This document shows, piece after piece, positions 36,217 to 46,012 of a stretch of DNA of 64,000 nucleotides. The stretch covers positions 56,354 through 120,353 of the forward strand of contig DATIJG010000008.1 in assembly GCA_035478775.1 (NCBI GenBank), read 5' to 3'. Every line of letters starts with the position of its first letter. Positions within the stretch are counted from its first letter, which is position 1. The stretch is from Candidatus Saccharimonadales bacterium (GTDB taxonomy: Bacteria > Patescibacteriota > Saccharimonadia > Saccharimonadales > UBA4665). The position numbers and the translations under genes were made by a program. A model generated the notes under the pieces. That model saw only the letters and a program-made list of their open reading frames with translations. It was not told the origin of the DNA and searched no databases.

Positions 36217-36294
36217 ATTGAAAGACTGTAGATTTTGTAACTAAATTGTGGGAGGCTCGGGAAACCGGCCGTACGCACCACGAAAGGAATAATT

Positions 36295-37200
36295 ATGGCA
36301 GACAAAGCCGTTACAAACGAAGAAACTAAAGAAGCTGAACTAATCGTAGAAGCAGCTCCTGAAAAAGAAGAAAAAGCGACCGCTAAGGCTGGCAAGCGCA
36401 GTGCAAAATCTTTGGCTGAAGCCGAAGAAAAGCAAGCTAAAGAAGAGCGCAAAGAACAGACGGCTGAAGAGGCTGAGAAGCCAAAGCAGCACGCCAACCC
36501 AACTCGCCCTCGTTTAGAGCGCCAAGGTAAAAAGTTCCGCGAAGCCGCCAAGCAAATCGAAAAGGGCAAAACCTATAGTTTGGCCGAAGCTTTGGAGCTT
36601 GCTACCAAAACCAACCCGGCAAAGTTTGACGCTAGCGTTGAATTGCATGTTAACCTGAGCGTCGACCCGCGCCACGCCGACCAAAACTTGCGCGACAACC
36701 TCGTGCTCCCCGCCGGTACCGGTAAAAACGTACGCGTTGCAGTTTTTGCCGATGACGAAGCTGCTGCCGCTAAAAAAGCCGGCGCAGAACTTGTTGGTGT
36801 CGAAGAAATAATCAAAGACCTCGACAAAGGTGTTATGAATTTCGACATCTTAATTGCCACTCCTAGCCAAATGGCTAAGCTTGGTAAATACGCCCGCGCC
36901 CTTGGCCCACGCGGTTTGATGCCGAACCCAAAGAGCGGCACCGTTACCACCGATGTTGTTAAAGCCGTCAACGAAGCAAAAGCCGGCCGTGTTGAATACC
37001 GCGTCGACAGCACCGGCATCGTACACCTGGGCGTTGGCAAGGTTTCGTTCGGCAAAGACAAGCTCGAGCAAAACGTTCGCGCCATATTTGCAAGCATCAA
37101 AGGCAACAAGCCGAATTCTGTGAAAGGCAACTACGTGAAGGCGATCCACATCGCCACCGCTATGGGGCCTTCAATTACAGTTGATGTAAGCGAACTTTAG
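36295..37200 (+). CDS. rplA: 50S ribosomal protein L1 with a ~75-aa Lys/Glu/Ala-rich N-terminal extension
   Basis: The L1 core starts near GKKFREAAKQIEKGKTYSLAEALELA...FDASVELHVNLSVDPRHADQNLRD. There is no internal Met that would allow a shorter start. Confidence 0.93.
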   Translation: MADKAVTNEETKEAELIVEAAPEKEEKATAKAGKRSAKSLAEAEEKQAKEERKEQTAEEAEKPKQHANPTRPRLERQGKKFREAAKQIEKGKTYSLAEALELATKTNPAKFDASVELHVNLSVDPRHADQNLRDNLVLPAGTGKNVRVAVFADDEAAAAKKAGAELVGVEEIIKDLDKGVMNFDILIATPSQMAKLGKYARALGPRGLMPNPKSGTVTTDVVKAVNEAKAGRVEYRVDSTGIVHLGVGKVSFGKDKLEQNVRAIFASIKGNKPNSVKGNYVKAIHIATAMGPSITVDVSEL

Positions 37201-37226
37201 CCCGCATTAGCAACGAAGCATAAAAT

Positions 37227-37264
37227 AAAACTGCTGCCGATATTCAGGCAGCAGTTTTATTTTG
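37227..37264. terminator. Bidirectional intrinsic terminator between rplA and the convergent MprF-like gene
   Basis: AAAACTGCTGCC-gatattca-GGCAGCAGTTTT with A/T runs on both sides. Overlaps the stop codon of the minus-strand gene. Confidence 0.7.
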
Positions 37265-38978
37265 CCCTGCGAGGTTTGCGCACACGCATCGCGCGGTTGA
37301 GGGCGTTCAGTGTTTTTGTGAAGCCGCTTAAACCGCCACGATAGGCGATATATCTGGGTTGCCACACAGGTTCGTACTTTTCTTTAAAGCGGCGCAGGCC
37401 ACTAAACGAATAAAACCTGTCGCCATTCGCATACACAAAACGCAACGCATTATTTATAACGGTACGCTCCTCGGTCTTATCATCAAGGCCACTTAATGGG
37501 CATAGCCCCAGGTTCAAACGAGCAAAACCATCATCGCGCAATGCGTTAATAAAAGCCAGCAACAGCCGGTCGTTACTATTGCCGAGCGCTTCGTGCGTAT
37601 GGCGCAACAAGTCGAAGTTGGCCTCGTGCGAATCATACGACGGAATCTGGTTAATAAATGCCTGGATGGTGCCCGCTTGGTCGCGAAGCACCATAATATT
37701 ACACAGTTGCATGTATTGGTTGGTGTAGTTTCCCATCATAAATCCGCGCTCAGCACGGCCCGGCCTATCAAGCCATTCCTTTGAAATGGTACCTAAGCGA
37801 TTCAGCAGCGCCTGGTTATGCGGCGGCTTTAGCAGTTCGGCCGTGTAACCTTGCTTATCAAAGCGGTTTTTAATTTGTCGAAAATACTTGTTGTTTTCAG
37901 TGTGTTCTTTAAAGTGCTGCAAATCAAGCACTGCTTCTTCGCCAATTTTTTGCAAGCTAAAACCTGCGTCGCGGTATAGTTTGGTGTAGTCTGGCGTGGT
38001 GTGCACATAGGCAACGCGCCAGTCATTCGACCAACACAATTCATCGAATTCACGCAGCAGACGGGCAAACTTTCTGGCATCGCCCATGGGGTCGCCCACC
38101 ACCAAGGCAATACCATGGCGCACCGTGTAGGCCAGGCCGGCTGTGCCGGCCTCATTAAAAAAGTAATACTTGTCGTGCGGCCACAATTTAAAGAAATCTT
38201 CACTGTTGCCGTTAAACTGCGCTAACAGTTTTTCACTTACATGCCGGTGCTCGCTTTGATCGGAAAATCGGGCGCGTAGTGGCTGGAAAAACGACAAAAA
38301 GGCGTAACCGACCGCCACCAAGCTAATAAAGCTCAACGAATTTAAAAATATATGCGCGCGCCGAGTGTATGGCACCAAACTAGAGTTAGTCGTCAGCCCA
38401 AACTGGTCAATGGTACGGTGGAGTGCTTCGCCCAAGGTAATTTGGTGGTGGAAATCGTGCACATCGAGCAGCATGAAACCGGTGACTCCATAAATGAGCG
38501 CAATCGCCATGACCGCAACCACAAACCGTAGCGACACGCTAAAGCCACGGATATCACTCTTTACTGTAAAGTGGTCGTCTAGCAGAGCTAAAATCGCAAC
38601 GATTGTTGCCGGCAATGCGATATTAATAAGAATGTGTGCCAACGGATAGCCAGCTGTTAAAGGGTGATGCACGCTCGCTAGCCGTATGATATTGATGCCT
38701 AGTACAAAGCCGTATACTAAAATTGTCACCAGCCAAGCAGTACGTTTACGGCGGCGCAACAACACACTCAAGTACACCAGCGTAAGGCCTAAAAACAGGG
38801 GCAGACTAAAGATAAGCTCGCCAAGTTCACTAATTTCAAGGCGTAAAAAGTTACTGCCAACTTGGTCACGGAGCACGCTCGCAATAATAAGCACGCCATT
38901 CAACGCCACACCATAAGAAAGCAATCGCACTAATAAACCATGGCGGCGATGCAGCCCAAGGGCATGGTGGGTAATCAT
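37257..38978 (-). CDS. Aminoacyl-phosphatidylglycerol synthase (MprF/LysX C-terminal DUF2156 domain) with N-terminal TM region
   Basis: 573 aa. About 6 TM segments, then GLAYTVRHGIALVVGDPMGD and a C-terminal domain pattern typical of MprF synthase. Confidence 0.65.
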   Translation of the reverse strand: MITHHALGLHRRHGLLVRLLSYGVALNGVLIIASVLRDQVGSNFLRLEISELGELIFSLPLFLGLTLVYLSVLLRRRKRTAWLVTILVYGFVLGINIIRLASVHHPLTAGYPLAHILINIALPATIVAILALLDDHFTVKSDIRGFSVSLRFVVAVMAIALIYGVTGFMLLDVHDFHHQITLGEALHRTIDQFGLTTNSSLVPYTRRAHIFLNSLSFISLVAVGYAFLSFFQPLRARFSDQSEHRHVSEKLLAQFNGNSEDFFKLWPHDKYYFFNEAGTAGLAYTVRHGIALVVGDPMGDARKFARLLREFDELCWSNDWRVAYVHTTPDYTKLYRDAGFSLQKIGEEAVLDLQHFKEHTENNKYFRQIKNRFDKQGYTAELLKPPHNQALLNRLGTISKEWLDRPGRAERGFMMGNYTNQYMQLCNIMVLRDQAGTIQAFINQIPSYDSHEANFDLLRHTHEALGNSNDRLLLAFINALRDDGFARLNLGLCPLSGLDDKTEERTVINNALRFVYANGDRFYSFSGLRRFKEKYEPVWQPRYIAYRGGLSGFTKTLNALNRAMRVRKPRRAK

Positions 38979-39016
38979 GCAACTATTATACCATTTACTG
39001 GCGTCTTAAAAAGCAC

Positions 39017-39517
39017 CTACAGCTTTGACTGTACGGTGTAATGGAACAATGTGACATCAGGCGTAAGTTGCTTGCACTCGGCGAGCGACAGACGGACATC
39101 ACACGGTGTTTTAAAAAGGCTGATGCCCGTGCCAAAAAGCACTGGTTCAATTGTCAAGTATACATCTGTAACTACGCCAGCTTGCAAAAACATATCATAA
39201 ATGGCAGCACCGCCGCACACGGCAACCTCGCTAAAGCCCTCTCTTTGCAGTCGTTCGGTCAGCACACTCGGATCTTCTTGTGTCGTTTCGATACCTTCTT
39301 GATTGATAGTCGTGCGGCTATACACAATGTTACGCCGCCCGGGCAAAGCGCGGCCGATTGTCCGATACGTTACGCCGCCCATTACCATTACGCCAGCGCG
39401 CTTAGTCAGTTCCACAAACAGTTTTTTGTCTTCTTTGCTCGACCAGTTCGCAAGCTCGTTGTGCTCGCGGGCAATAAATCCGTCGGCCGAAACAGCGGCA
39501 ATAATACTCACACGCAT
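39017..39517 (-). CDS. Dihydrofolate reductase-family protein (RibD C-terminal-type)
   Basis: 166 aa. MRVSIIAAVSADGFIA...VMGGVTYRTIGRALPGRRNIV pattern. Confidence 0.7.
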   Translation of the reverse strand: MRVSIIAAVSADGFIAREHNELANWSSKEDKKLFVELTKRAGVMVMGGVTYRTIGRALPGRRNIVYSRTTINQEGIETTQEDPSVLTERLQREGFSEVAVCGGAAIYDMFLQAGVVTDVYLTIEPVLFGTGISLFKTPCDVRLSLAECKQLTPDVTLFHYTVQSKL

Positions 39518-39551
39518 CGCTTTTAAACCCCTTATATGTCATTATTGTTGC

Positions 39552-40565
39552 ATGAAGAGCCAGGCAACTCAAGCGCCAGCATATATTTTGCGGGCCATAC
39601 GGGCGTACGATTTGGAGCCTGTACATACGCTAGGCGTGCAGAAAGGCTACCGCAATCAATCTTACGGTTTTCGTGTGGCTAGCGGGCGTTTGTACAACTT
39701 TATTTTGTTCAAACAGGAACCTGGCATGGCCAAGCGGATCATACGCACTCATGCTGTCGCCAACTTTGCAGCCGCAAGCGGGCTGCCAGTGCGCGCTAGC
39801 ATAAGCGACCGGATTATTAAATTGCAAGATGCTCAAACTGCTCGGTTTGGTGCGCTGTATAATTACTTGCCAGGCGAAACTATTTCATGGGAAGCATACA
39901 CAGCCAAGCACATTAAACTGCTCGGCCAAGCATTAGGCGAGTTACATAGCGCACTTGCGCGGTACCCGCAAGCCGCGGCGTTGCCAAGCGTCGCACAGGA
40001 ATATGTTCAAATTTTCAACCAAATGTTTATATATTTTAGCCAGCCAGCTACCATGCAAGCAGTAAAAAACAAGCTTGGTATATACTTACCGGTTAACACC
40101 TTATATGAGCTAAAAACGTTTATCGCGGCATGTGACAAGTTACCCGGCCAGCAAGCGCTGCACATGGATTTCGTGCGCAGCAATATTTTATTCAGCACGC
40201 GGCCTAGGTTGCGCATTAGTGGTATTTTAGACTTTGAAAAAACAGGCTGCGGCGCACCGATGTTCGACATTGCCCGCACTTTGGCGTTTTTACTGGTCGA
40301 TTGCAAATACAAAACCGAAGCCCAAACACACAAGTATTTTCTCGATTCCGGCTATAACAAACGCAGCCCGGTGCAAGTCAAGCAAACATTCGTGCGCGTA
40401 AAAGGTATACGCCACGACTTGCTCGAAACCCTTATAAATGTGTTTTTGCTACATGACTTTTATAAATTTCTGCGGCACAACCCTTACGAATATTTGGCAG
40501 GCAACGAACACTACGCGCGCACCAAAAACTTGTTACTGCAACGCGGCATTTTACACCAGTTGTAA
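39552..40565 (+). CDS. APH/homoserine-kinase-II-type phosphotransferase
   Basis: Start trimmed to MKSQATQ (in frame with track ORF 39303, whose 5' part is antisense to the DHFR gene). Motifs LHMDFVRSNILF (HxDxxxxN) and ILDFE. Confidence 0.7.
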   Translation: MKSQATQAPAYILRAIRAYDLEPVHTLGVQKGYRNQSYGFRVASGRLYNFILFKQEPGMAKRIIRTHAVANFAAASGLPVRASISDRIIKLQDAQTARFGALYNYLPGETISWEAYTAKHIKLLGQALGELHSALARYPQAAALPSVAQEYVQIFNQMFIYFSQPATMQAVKNKLGIYLPVNTLYELKTFIAACDKLPGQQALHMDFVRSNILFSTRPRLRISGILDFEKTGCGAPMFDIARTLAFLLVDCKYKTEAQTHKYFLDSGYNKRSPVQVKQTFVRVKGIRHDLLETLINVFLLHDFYKFLRHNPYEYLAGNEHYARTKNLLLQRGILHQL

Positions 40566-40638
40566 TAAACACGTTTTGGCATACGCGCCGCAATCGATTA
40601 CAATCAAGATATCTTAATGACACCAGAGGGCAGAGAAA

Positions 40639-41196
40639 ATGGCGCAATCGTGGAAGAAACGGCTTATTTCGCAAAGTGATTTATTAGAGTTACGCGAGCA
40701 ACTAAAAGCACGTGGCAAAAAGGTCGTGTTTACGGCAGGCTCGTGGGATTTAATCCACGCTGGGCAGTGCCGTTACCTTGAAAAAGCCAAAGAACATGGT
40801 GATATTTTAGTGGTCGGCGTCAGTAGTAACGAGGCCATTAAAAAGGTGAAAGGTCCGAACAAGCCCATTTTAGATGAAAAAATCCGTGCCGAAATGCTCA
40901 CCTTTTTACGCTGCGTCGATTTTGTAACCATTTTGCCCGAACCCAGCTGCCAACCCTCGCTCGGCTTGCTTAAGCCTGATGTATACATCACCGTCAGAGA
41001 AGACTGGACCAACGATTACAAAGATTCTAAAGAGTACAAAACGGTAGCTAAATACGGTGGCGAAGTGGTTGTCGTTGACCGCCAAAGCACTGCAATTTCG
41101 ACCACTAAAATTGTGCAGCGCGCTATTGGCGGGCACTTGGGCGACGTATTTAAAGACTTTATGGAGCTACGCAAAGACCCCCTCAAGGAACGCTAG
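40639..41196 (+). CDS. Cytidylyl/adenylyltransferase-family protein (RfaE-II / TagD-like)
   Basis: FTAGSWDLIHAGQCRYLEKAKEHGDILVVGVSSN (variant of the HxGH motif). Confidence 0.7.
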   Translation: MAQSWKKRLISQSDLLELREQLKARGKKVVFTAGSWDLIHAGQCRYLEKAKEHGDILVVGVSSNEAIKKVKGPNKPILDEKIRAEMLTFLRCVDFVTILPEPSCQPSLGLLKPDVYITVREDWTNDYKDSKEYKTVAKYGGEVVVVDRQSTAISTTKIVQRAIGGHLGDVFKDFMELRKDPLKER

Positions 41197-41208
41197 CCGG
41201 TTTATTTT

Positions 41209-42783
41209 ATGCAACTCACCCCCGAGGAACAAAAAAAACAAATAGCTTACCGCGACGCTCGGTTTAGCAAACAATACGACGGCATCTGGCAGACAGTTGG
41301 CAAATGTGTGTTTTGCGACCTCAACCCAAAGTATATATTTTTTGAAGAACACGGCATTGTTCTGACTATCACTTTATATGCTTACATCGACGGCCACATG
41401 ATGATCGTCCCCAGACGGCACGTTACGTCGCCCAAAGAATTCACACCGTTAGAGTGGCAAGCCGTGCGCAAGGGCATGTATATTGCTAAAAAACTTATCA
41501 AAAACGTGCACGGCATCAGCGGTATGCAAATCGTTCAAAAAGACGGCGCCGAGGCGCAAAGTACCGTCGGGCATGTGCACTTTCATGCCATTCCGTTTGA
41601 CGCACCCGATTTATGCACCTGGAATTATCGTCAGCTTAAAAACACACCGCTCGAAAACGTGGCGTTATACCAGGCAGCCAATAAAAAAGTTGAGCAGCTC
41701 AGCAAAAAGTTTGACCAAAAATATGCCGATGGGAAGAGCAATGAAAACGAACAAAGTAGCGCGGGCAATGCGGCAAGTAGGCAAGACAAAAAACCATATA
41801 ATTTGCAGTGGGCGGACTTGGCGTTTGGCAGCGGCAAGCCACTCAATAAATTAAAGGCTACATTTATCTTGGCACCACGCGAAATTTCGGCCAAACGGTT
41901 TACGCAGCTCGTAAGGGCCTACCTGCCAAAAGGCAATATTATTTTGGGAGTGGCCGCGGAACCGTACGTTTTAGGCTTCGAAGGCCAACCGCAATTTAAG
42001 ACCCTTCGTGCTGAAACGCTTGCCGCGCTCATTAAAAAAGTAAACACCAGCGCCAGCCCGCATAAAATATACACGCTTATATATTCGCAGCGTGATGGCG
42101 TGCATGTTATTAACAAGGGTGGTTTTAAGCGTATTGTGGGTATAAATGGCTCGTGGAAATATTCCTTTCATACGCTGCCAATGTTTTATGAAATTACAAA
42201 GGCCGCGACGCCGTACGAACTGGTATCACCATTTGTGGGCGAAGCCGAAGCAAAAGCCTACGCGGCTGAAAAAGAGCCGGAGATTACTCAGCGCATTACC
42301 CATAATTCACCGCGAGGTACCGCGCTTGCAGATGGGCAAATGCTAAAGCTTGCCAGCAACGCCGCCCAGTACTCGTACGATACTAGTTTTCAAACCGGTG
42401 CCGTTTTAGGCAAAAAAACCGGCCAAAAATACCGAGTGTTGCTCACCAGCTTCAACAAAGTTGTACCGTTTCAAACATATGCCATGGTACATGGCGCTTC
42501 GCGCGAGACCCACTTTTCGCCGCCGGGCGACCTTAACCATTACGATGCCGTACATGCTGAGGTCGAAGCTGTCGTAAAAGCCGCCGAGCAAGGGGTCAAC
42601 CTCAGGGATGCCAGCCTATTTATTAACCTGCTGCCATGCCCCTCATGTGCGCGCATGCTTGCCGAAACTGATATTGCCGAGGTTGTGTATCAAATTGACC
42701 ATTCCGATGGGTACGCCGTTACATTATTAGAGGCCGCGGGCAAAAAAGTGCGCCGCATTGCGCCACAACAAAGGGAGATTTAG
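41209..42783 (+). CDS. Three-part fusion: N-terminal HIT-family hydrolase/transferase, ~220-aa unknown middle region, C-terminal dCMP/CMP deaminase
   Basis: HIT motif GHVHFHAIPF. Deaminase zinc motifs HAEVEAV and PCPSCARML. Confidence 0.8.
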   Translation: MQLTPEEQKKQIAYRDARFSKQYDGIWQTVGKCVFCDLNPKYIFFEEHGIVLTITLYAYIDGHMMIVPRRHVTSPKEFTPLEWQAVRKGMYIAKKLIKNVHGISGMQIVQKDGAEAQSTVGHVHFHAIPFDAPDLCTWNYRQLKNTPLENVALYQAANKKVEQLSKKFDQKYADGKSNENEQSSAGNAASRQDKKPYNLQWADLAFGSGKPLNKLKATFILAPREISAKRFTQLVRAYLPKGNIILGVAAEPYVLGFEGQPQFKTLRAETLAALIKKVNTSASPHKIYTLIYSQRDGVHVINKGGFKRIVGINGSWKYSFHTLPMFYEITKAATPYELVSPFVGEAEAKAYAAEKEPEITQRITHNSPRGTALADGQMLKLASNAAQYSYDTSFQTGAVLGKKTGQKYRVLLTSFNKVVPFQTYAMVHGASRETHFSPPGDLNHYDAVHAEVEAVVKAAEQGVNLRDASLFINLLPCPSCARMLAETDIAEVVYQIDHSDGYAVTLLEAAGKKVRRIAPQQREI

Positions 42784-42784
42784 T

Positions 42785-43600
42785 ATGTCAAAACAACATC
42801 CTGAACTGCAATACTTACAGCTCATGAACGAGATCTTAGAAAACGGCAAAACCAAGCCGACACGCGGTATTGTCGACGTAAAAGCCATTTTCGGCTACCA
42901 ATTGCACTTCGATTTACGCTACGGTTTTCCGCTGTTAACCACCAAAAAAATGCCGTTCAAAATTTTACTGCACGAACTTTTGTGGTTCGTTTCGGGCAGC
43001 TCTAACATCAAATATTTGCAAGACCACAAAATCCATTATTGGGATGAGTTTGCCGACAAAAATTTGAACCTTGGCCCCGTATATGGCGTGCAGTGGCGGC
43101 ACTGGAAAGGCCCAAACAGCAAAGAATTCGACCAATTGCAATGGGCAATTGACGAAATTAAAAACAACCCGAATTCAAAGGCGATTATTGTGAGCGCCTG
43201 GAATGTGGCCGACTTAAAAGAGATGCGCTTGCCGCCGTGCCACACCATGTTCCAATTCGATGTCACCAAAGGCAAGCTGCGTATGCAATTGTACCAGCGC
43301 TCGAGCGATGTGTTTTTGGGCTTGCCGTTTAATATTGCACAGTATGCTATGCTGCTGCACATGGTCGCGCATTTGACCGGCTTTGAGGCGCGTGAGCTAG
43401 TGGTGAGTATCGGCAGCGCTCATTTGTATAAAAACCAAATTGACCAAGCGCGCGAGCAAATGGAACGAGCGCCGTATGCTTTCCCGAAACTCAAAATTGT
43501 TGGCAATCCGCAAACTATCGACGATTTCACCGAAGATAACTTTGTGCTTGAAGATTACCAAGCCCATCCGCATATTAAAGCACCACTTGTTATCTTATAA
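42785..43600 (+). CDS. thyA: Thymidylate synthase ThyA
   Basis: ATG 42785 after AGGGAG. ELQYLQLMNEILENG, catalytic RLPPCHTMFQF, DVFLGLPFNIAQYA. Confidence 0.95.
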   Translation: MSKQHPELQYLQLMNEILENGKTKPTRGIVDVKAIFGYQLHFDLRYGFPLLTTKKMPFKILLHELLWFVSGSSNIKYLQDHKIHYWDEFADKNLNLGPVYGVQWRHWKGPNSKEFDQLQWAIDEIKNNPNSKAIIVSAWNVADLKEMRLPPCHTMFQFDVTKGKLRMQLYQRSSDVFLGLPFNIAQYAMLLHMVAHLTGFEARELVVSIGSAHLYKNQIDQAREQMERAPYAFPKLKIVGNPQTIDDFTEDNFVLEDYQAHPHIKAPLVIL

Positions 43601-43656
43601 TCTATCTCAAGTAATATAGTTGACATATGGGTGCCAAAGTTACATAGTTATACGTC

Positions 43657-46008
43657 ATGGAGCGTCTCCTTTTACAACCCGAAGCGATTACGGATGGTAG
43701 CCTATTCTTATTTGAAGCATACCGCACCCTGGGGCCTACAGATGAAGAGTTGCAGGCGCAGCGCGAAGCCTTTACAGAAGCCGTAGAGAATATTATGGCC
43801 GACCACGTCACACAGTCACAACGCGATGCTATATATACCGCGGCGGGCGTTTTTGAATGGTTTCACTTTTCTGAGCGGGCAGCCGAGTTGCCAGTAGGTT
43901 TAACGAACATGCTTGAGGAAGAACAGGATACTAAAAGGGTCATGGTTGATGAAAGTGTTATATCAGAAACTGATCTAGCAATTGCTTGGAGGGCTATTAG
44001 TAACGCGAGCGCCATTCCCATTACAGGTCAGATTCCGCAGTTGGAAACACCACAGCAAATCCAGCCGGCCATCGAAACATACTTACGCACAACCGAGGCG
44101 TATAAGTTTGTGCAAACACTCATAACACCAGAACCTCAGGGCAGGCAAACCCAACCGCTCTCCCAGCACAGGCGCATAGAGCGCGAAAGTGAAGTTACTA
44201 ACGCTATACTTGCGCTTTACCGTCTTAAAAATACAACTGAGATTCAGCGCCGCACGGGAATCGACTCCGAATTACAGCACCGGCTGTACCGCATTAACGA
44301 CGAGACGATGCTCGCGCCGCAACCTCAGCCCTCCCAAACAACAGACATCCAAGGAACACTCCGCACATTTTTTGAACCTCATCTTTTGTACGAACTGCAA
44401 CAAACGTTAACGCTCAATAGTCAAAAACTTACTTCCGTAAGCTACGACCCAAATAGTAAACAATGGTCCGGCCTAATAGGTACAGACGTAACAAGCGCAA
44501 GCCTAGAAGCTTCACATGAATATAGCACACTTATAACTTTGGGCAGCAGTTTGTACAAGTTGAATGAATATTCCGTCACGCCGCTCATTTGCGCATACCT
44601 AGATACAGTTTGCGCAGCAGCCTATAGCCAGGAATTACAAACGCCGCAAGATTTAGAGAGGGCGCTCAGTGAGGCTGCAGCATGGATTACTGAGAGATTT
44701 AGTACGCAACCCCTCGACAACAGCATGACCAAAGCTTTCACGGCACGGGCATACTTATACGACAGCCGAGGCCCAACCTACCGCGATGAAGATCTTGTCC
44801 TTGAAGAAAAAGCCCCGAATCGCCTGAGTAATAACAATAGTGAGTTTCTTGCCCTTGACCAGATGTATGAAGCAGCCTCCCATTCAGCCGGTTTTGTAGT
44901 CCAACCAGATTATGTTGCGCCGCCAGTTCACAGACTCATTCAAACAACCGAGCAAACTGAAACGTTGCCGGCATACGATAGCAGTCAAACTCTGACGATT
45001 CTTTTTGAGGCAGACTTAGATTACCCGGAAGAAGTAATTGGCGAGGGCGAACAGCCCAGCATCCCAGGATATAAAACCGTTAGTCACGATGCCGTTACCG
45101 ACGTCTGGGGTTTGGCGTACGACCCGGATACCGATCCGCACGTGTACGCAAACGTTCCTATTCCCGAAGAAGGCATTTTAAAACTTATGCAACAATACGA
45201 AGACATTGGCCTTGATGACCTGGCCGGCATGCTGCGCGACTCAGCCGATATGGTGGTGGGCAAACTAGTGGAAGCCATTAAAGCACACACGACATACTAC
45301 ATCCCTGAAAATTCCTCGGCAAGCCATAGCATAGAGCACTTCACAGACTTCGCCGTCAGTAACGGCAAACTCTACCTGCAATGTACTGGTTCGGCGCTGT
45401 TTTTAGCTATGTCGCTCAACGAAGCCTTCGGTTCTATTTGCGCCAGCACGCAAAGCGGATTACTTCTTTGTCCGGACGATGTGGTAATCAGTCAGCTCGG
45501 TCATGCGCAAGTCGCATTTACTGACAATGGCCGTATGTACATTCTTGACGCCACGGCCAATTCGCCCCTGAACATATTCGACAACAACACCTCTTTACCC
45601 ACCGACATTCGGCCACGTACAACTACAGCCATAAGACCTACGCCGTCACAGCGCCGCCTGCCTGCAGAACGGCCTACAGCCTCTATCGACTCGGCCATGC
45701 TCAAACAGCACGCTACCAATACTTTCAAGCAATATCTTATGGCCACATATAAAGTCCAAAGCGTCGAGCAGTTATACGACCGCGTTGCTGCTTTCAGATC
45801 AGATGACCCTATTCGCGCGACGCTCGCCAATCTCATGACGCGGGCAACTAAAGAACAGCTCCAGCGTAACAGGGATTTCATTTATAAGGTTGCCACTACC
45901 AGTGAAGTTGACCTTGCAGGAGCTAATCTTGAGCAATACTTCGGCCATGACATTCTGCGGGTCACTATTAGTGCACTCGATACTATTATTGCACTAAGTG
46001 ACGATTAG
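43657..46008 (+). CDS. Large orphan protein (783 aa) with a C-terminal transglutaminase-like cysteine-protease core
   Basis: Cys-His-Asp core: GKLYLQCTGSALFLAMSLNEAFG ... LGHAQVAFTDNGRMYILDAT. The N-terminal ~560 aa has no recognisable motif. Confidence 0.6.
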   Translation: MERLLLQPEAITDGSLFLFEAYRTLGPTDEELQAQREAFTEAVENIMADHVTQSQRDAIYTAAGVFEWFHFSERAAELPVGLTNMLEEEQDTKRVMVDESVISETDLAIAWRAISNASAIPITGQIPQLETPQQIQPAIETYLRTTEAYKFVQTLITPEPQGRQTQPLSQHRRIERESEVTNAILALYRLKNTTEIQRRTGIDSELQHRLYRINDETMLAPQPQPSQTTDIQGTLRTFFEPHLLYELQQTLTLNSQKLTSVSYDPNSKQWSGLIGTDVTSASLEASHEYSTLITLGSSLYKLNEYSVTPLICAYLDTVCAAAYSQELQTPQDLERALSEAAAWITERFSTQPLDNSMTKAFTARAYLYDSRGPTYRDEDLVLEEKAPNRLSNNNSEFLALDQMYEAASHSAGFVVQPDYVAPPVHRLIQTTEQTETLPAYDSSQTLTILFEADLDYPEEVIGEGEQPSIPGYKTVSHDAVTDVWGLAYDPDTDPHVYANVPIPEEGILKLMQQYEDIGLDDLAGMLRDSADMVVGKLVEAIKAHTTYYIPENSSASHSIEHFTDFAVSNGKLYLQCTGSALFLAMSLNEAFGSICASTQSGLLLCPDDVVISQLGHAQVAFTDNGRMYILDATANSPLNIFDNNTSLPTDIRPRTTTAIRPTPSQRRLPAERPTASIDSAMLKQHATNTFKQYLMATYKVQSVEQLYDRVAAFRSDDPIRATLANLMTRATKEQLQRNRDFIYKVATTSEVDLAGANLEQYFGHDILRVTISALDTIIALSDD

Positions 46009-46012
46009 CGTT

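Noticed and set aside
39303-39551. 5' extension of the APH-type kinase ORF (track start 39303).
   Set aside because: The extension lies antisense to the DHFR-family gene and has no kinase similarity. The in-frame ATG at 39552 (MKSQATQ...) gives a normal-length enzyme.
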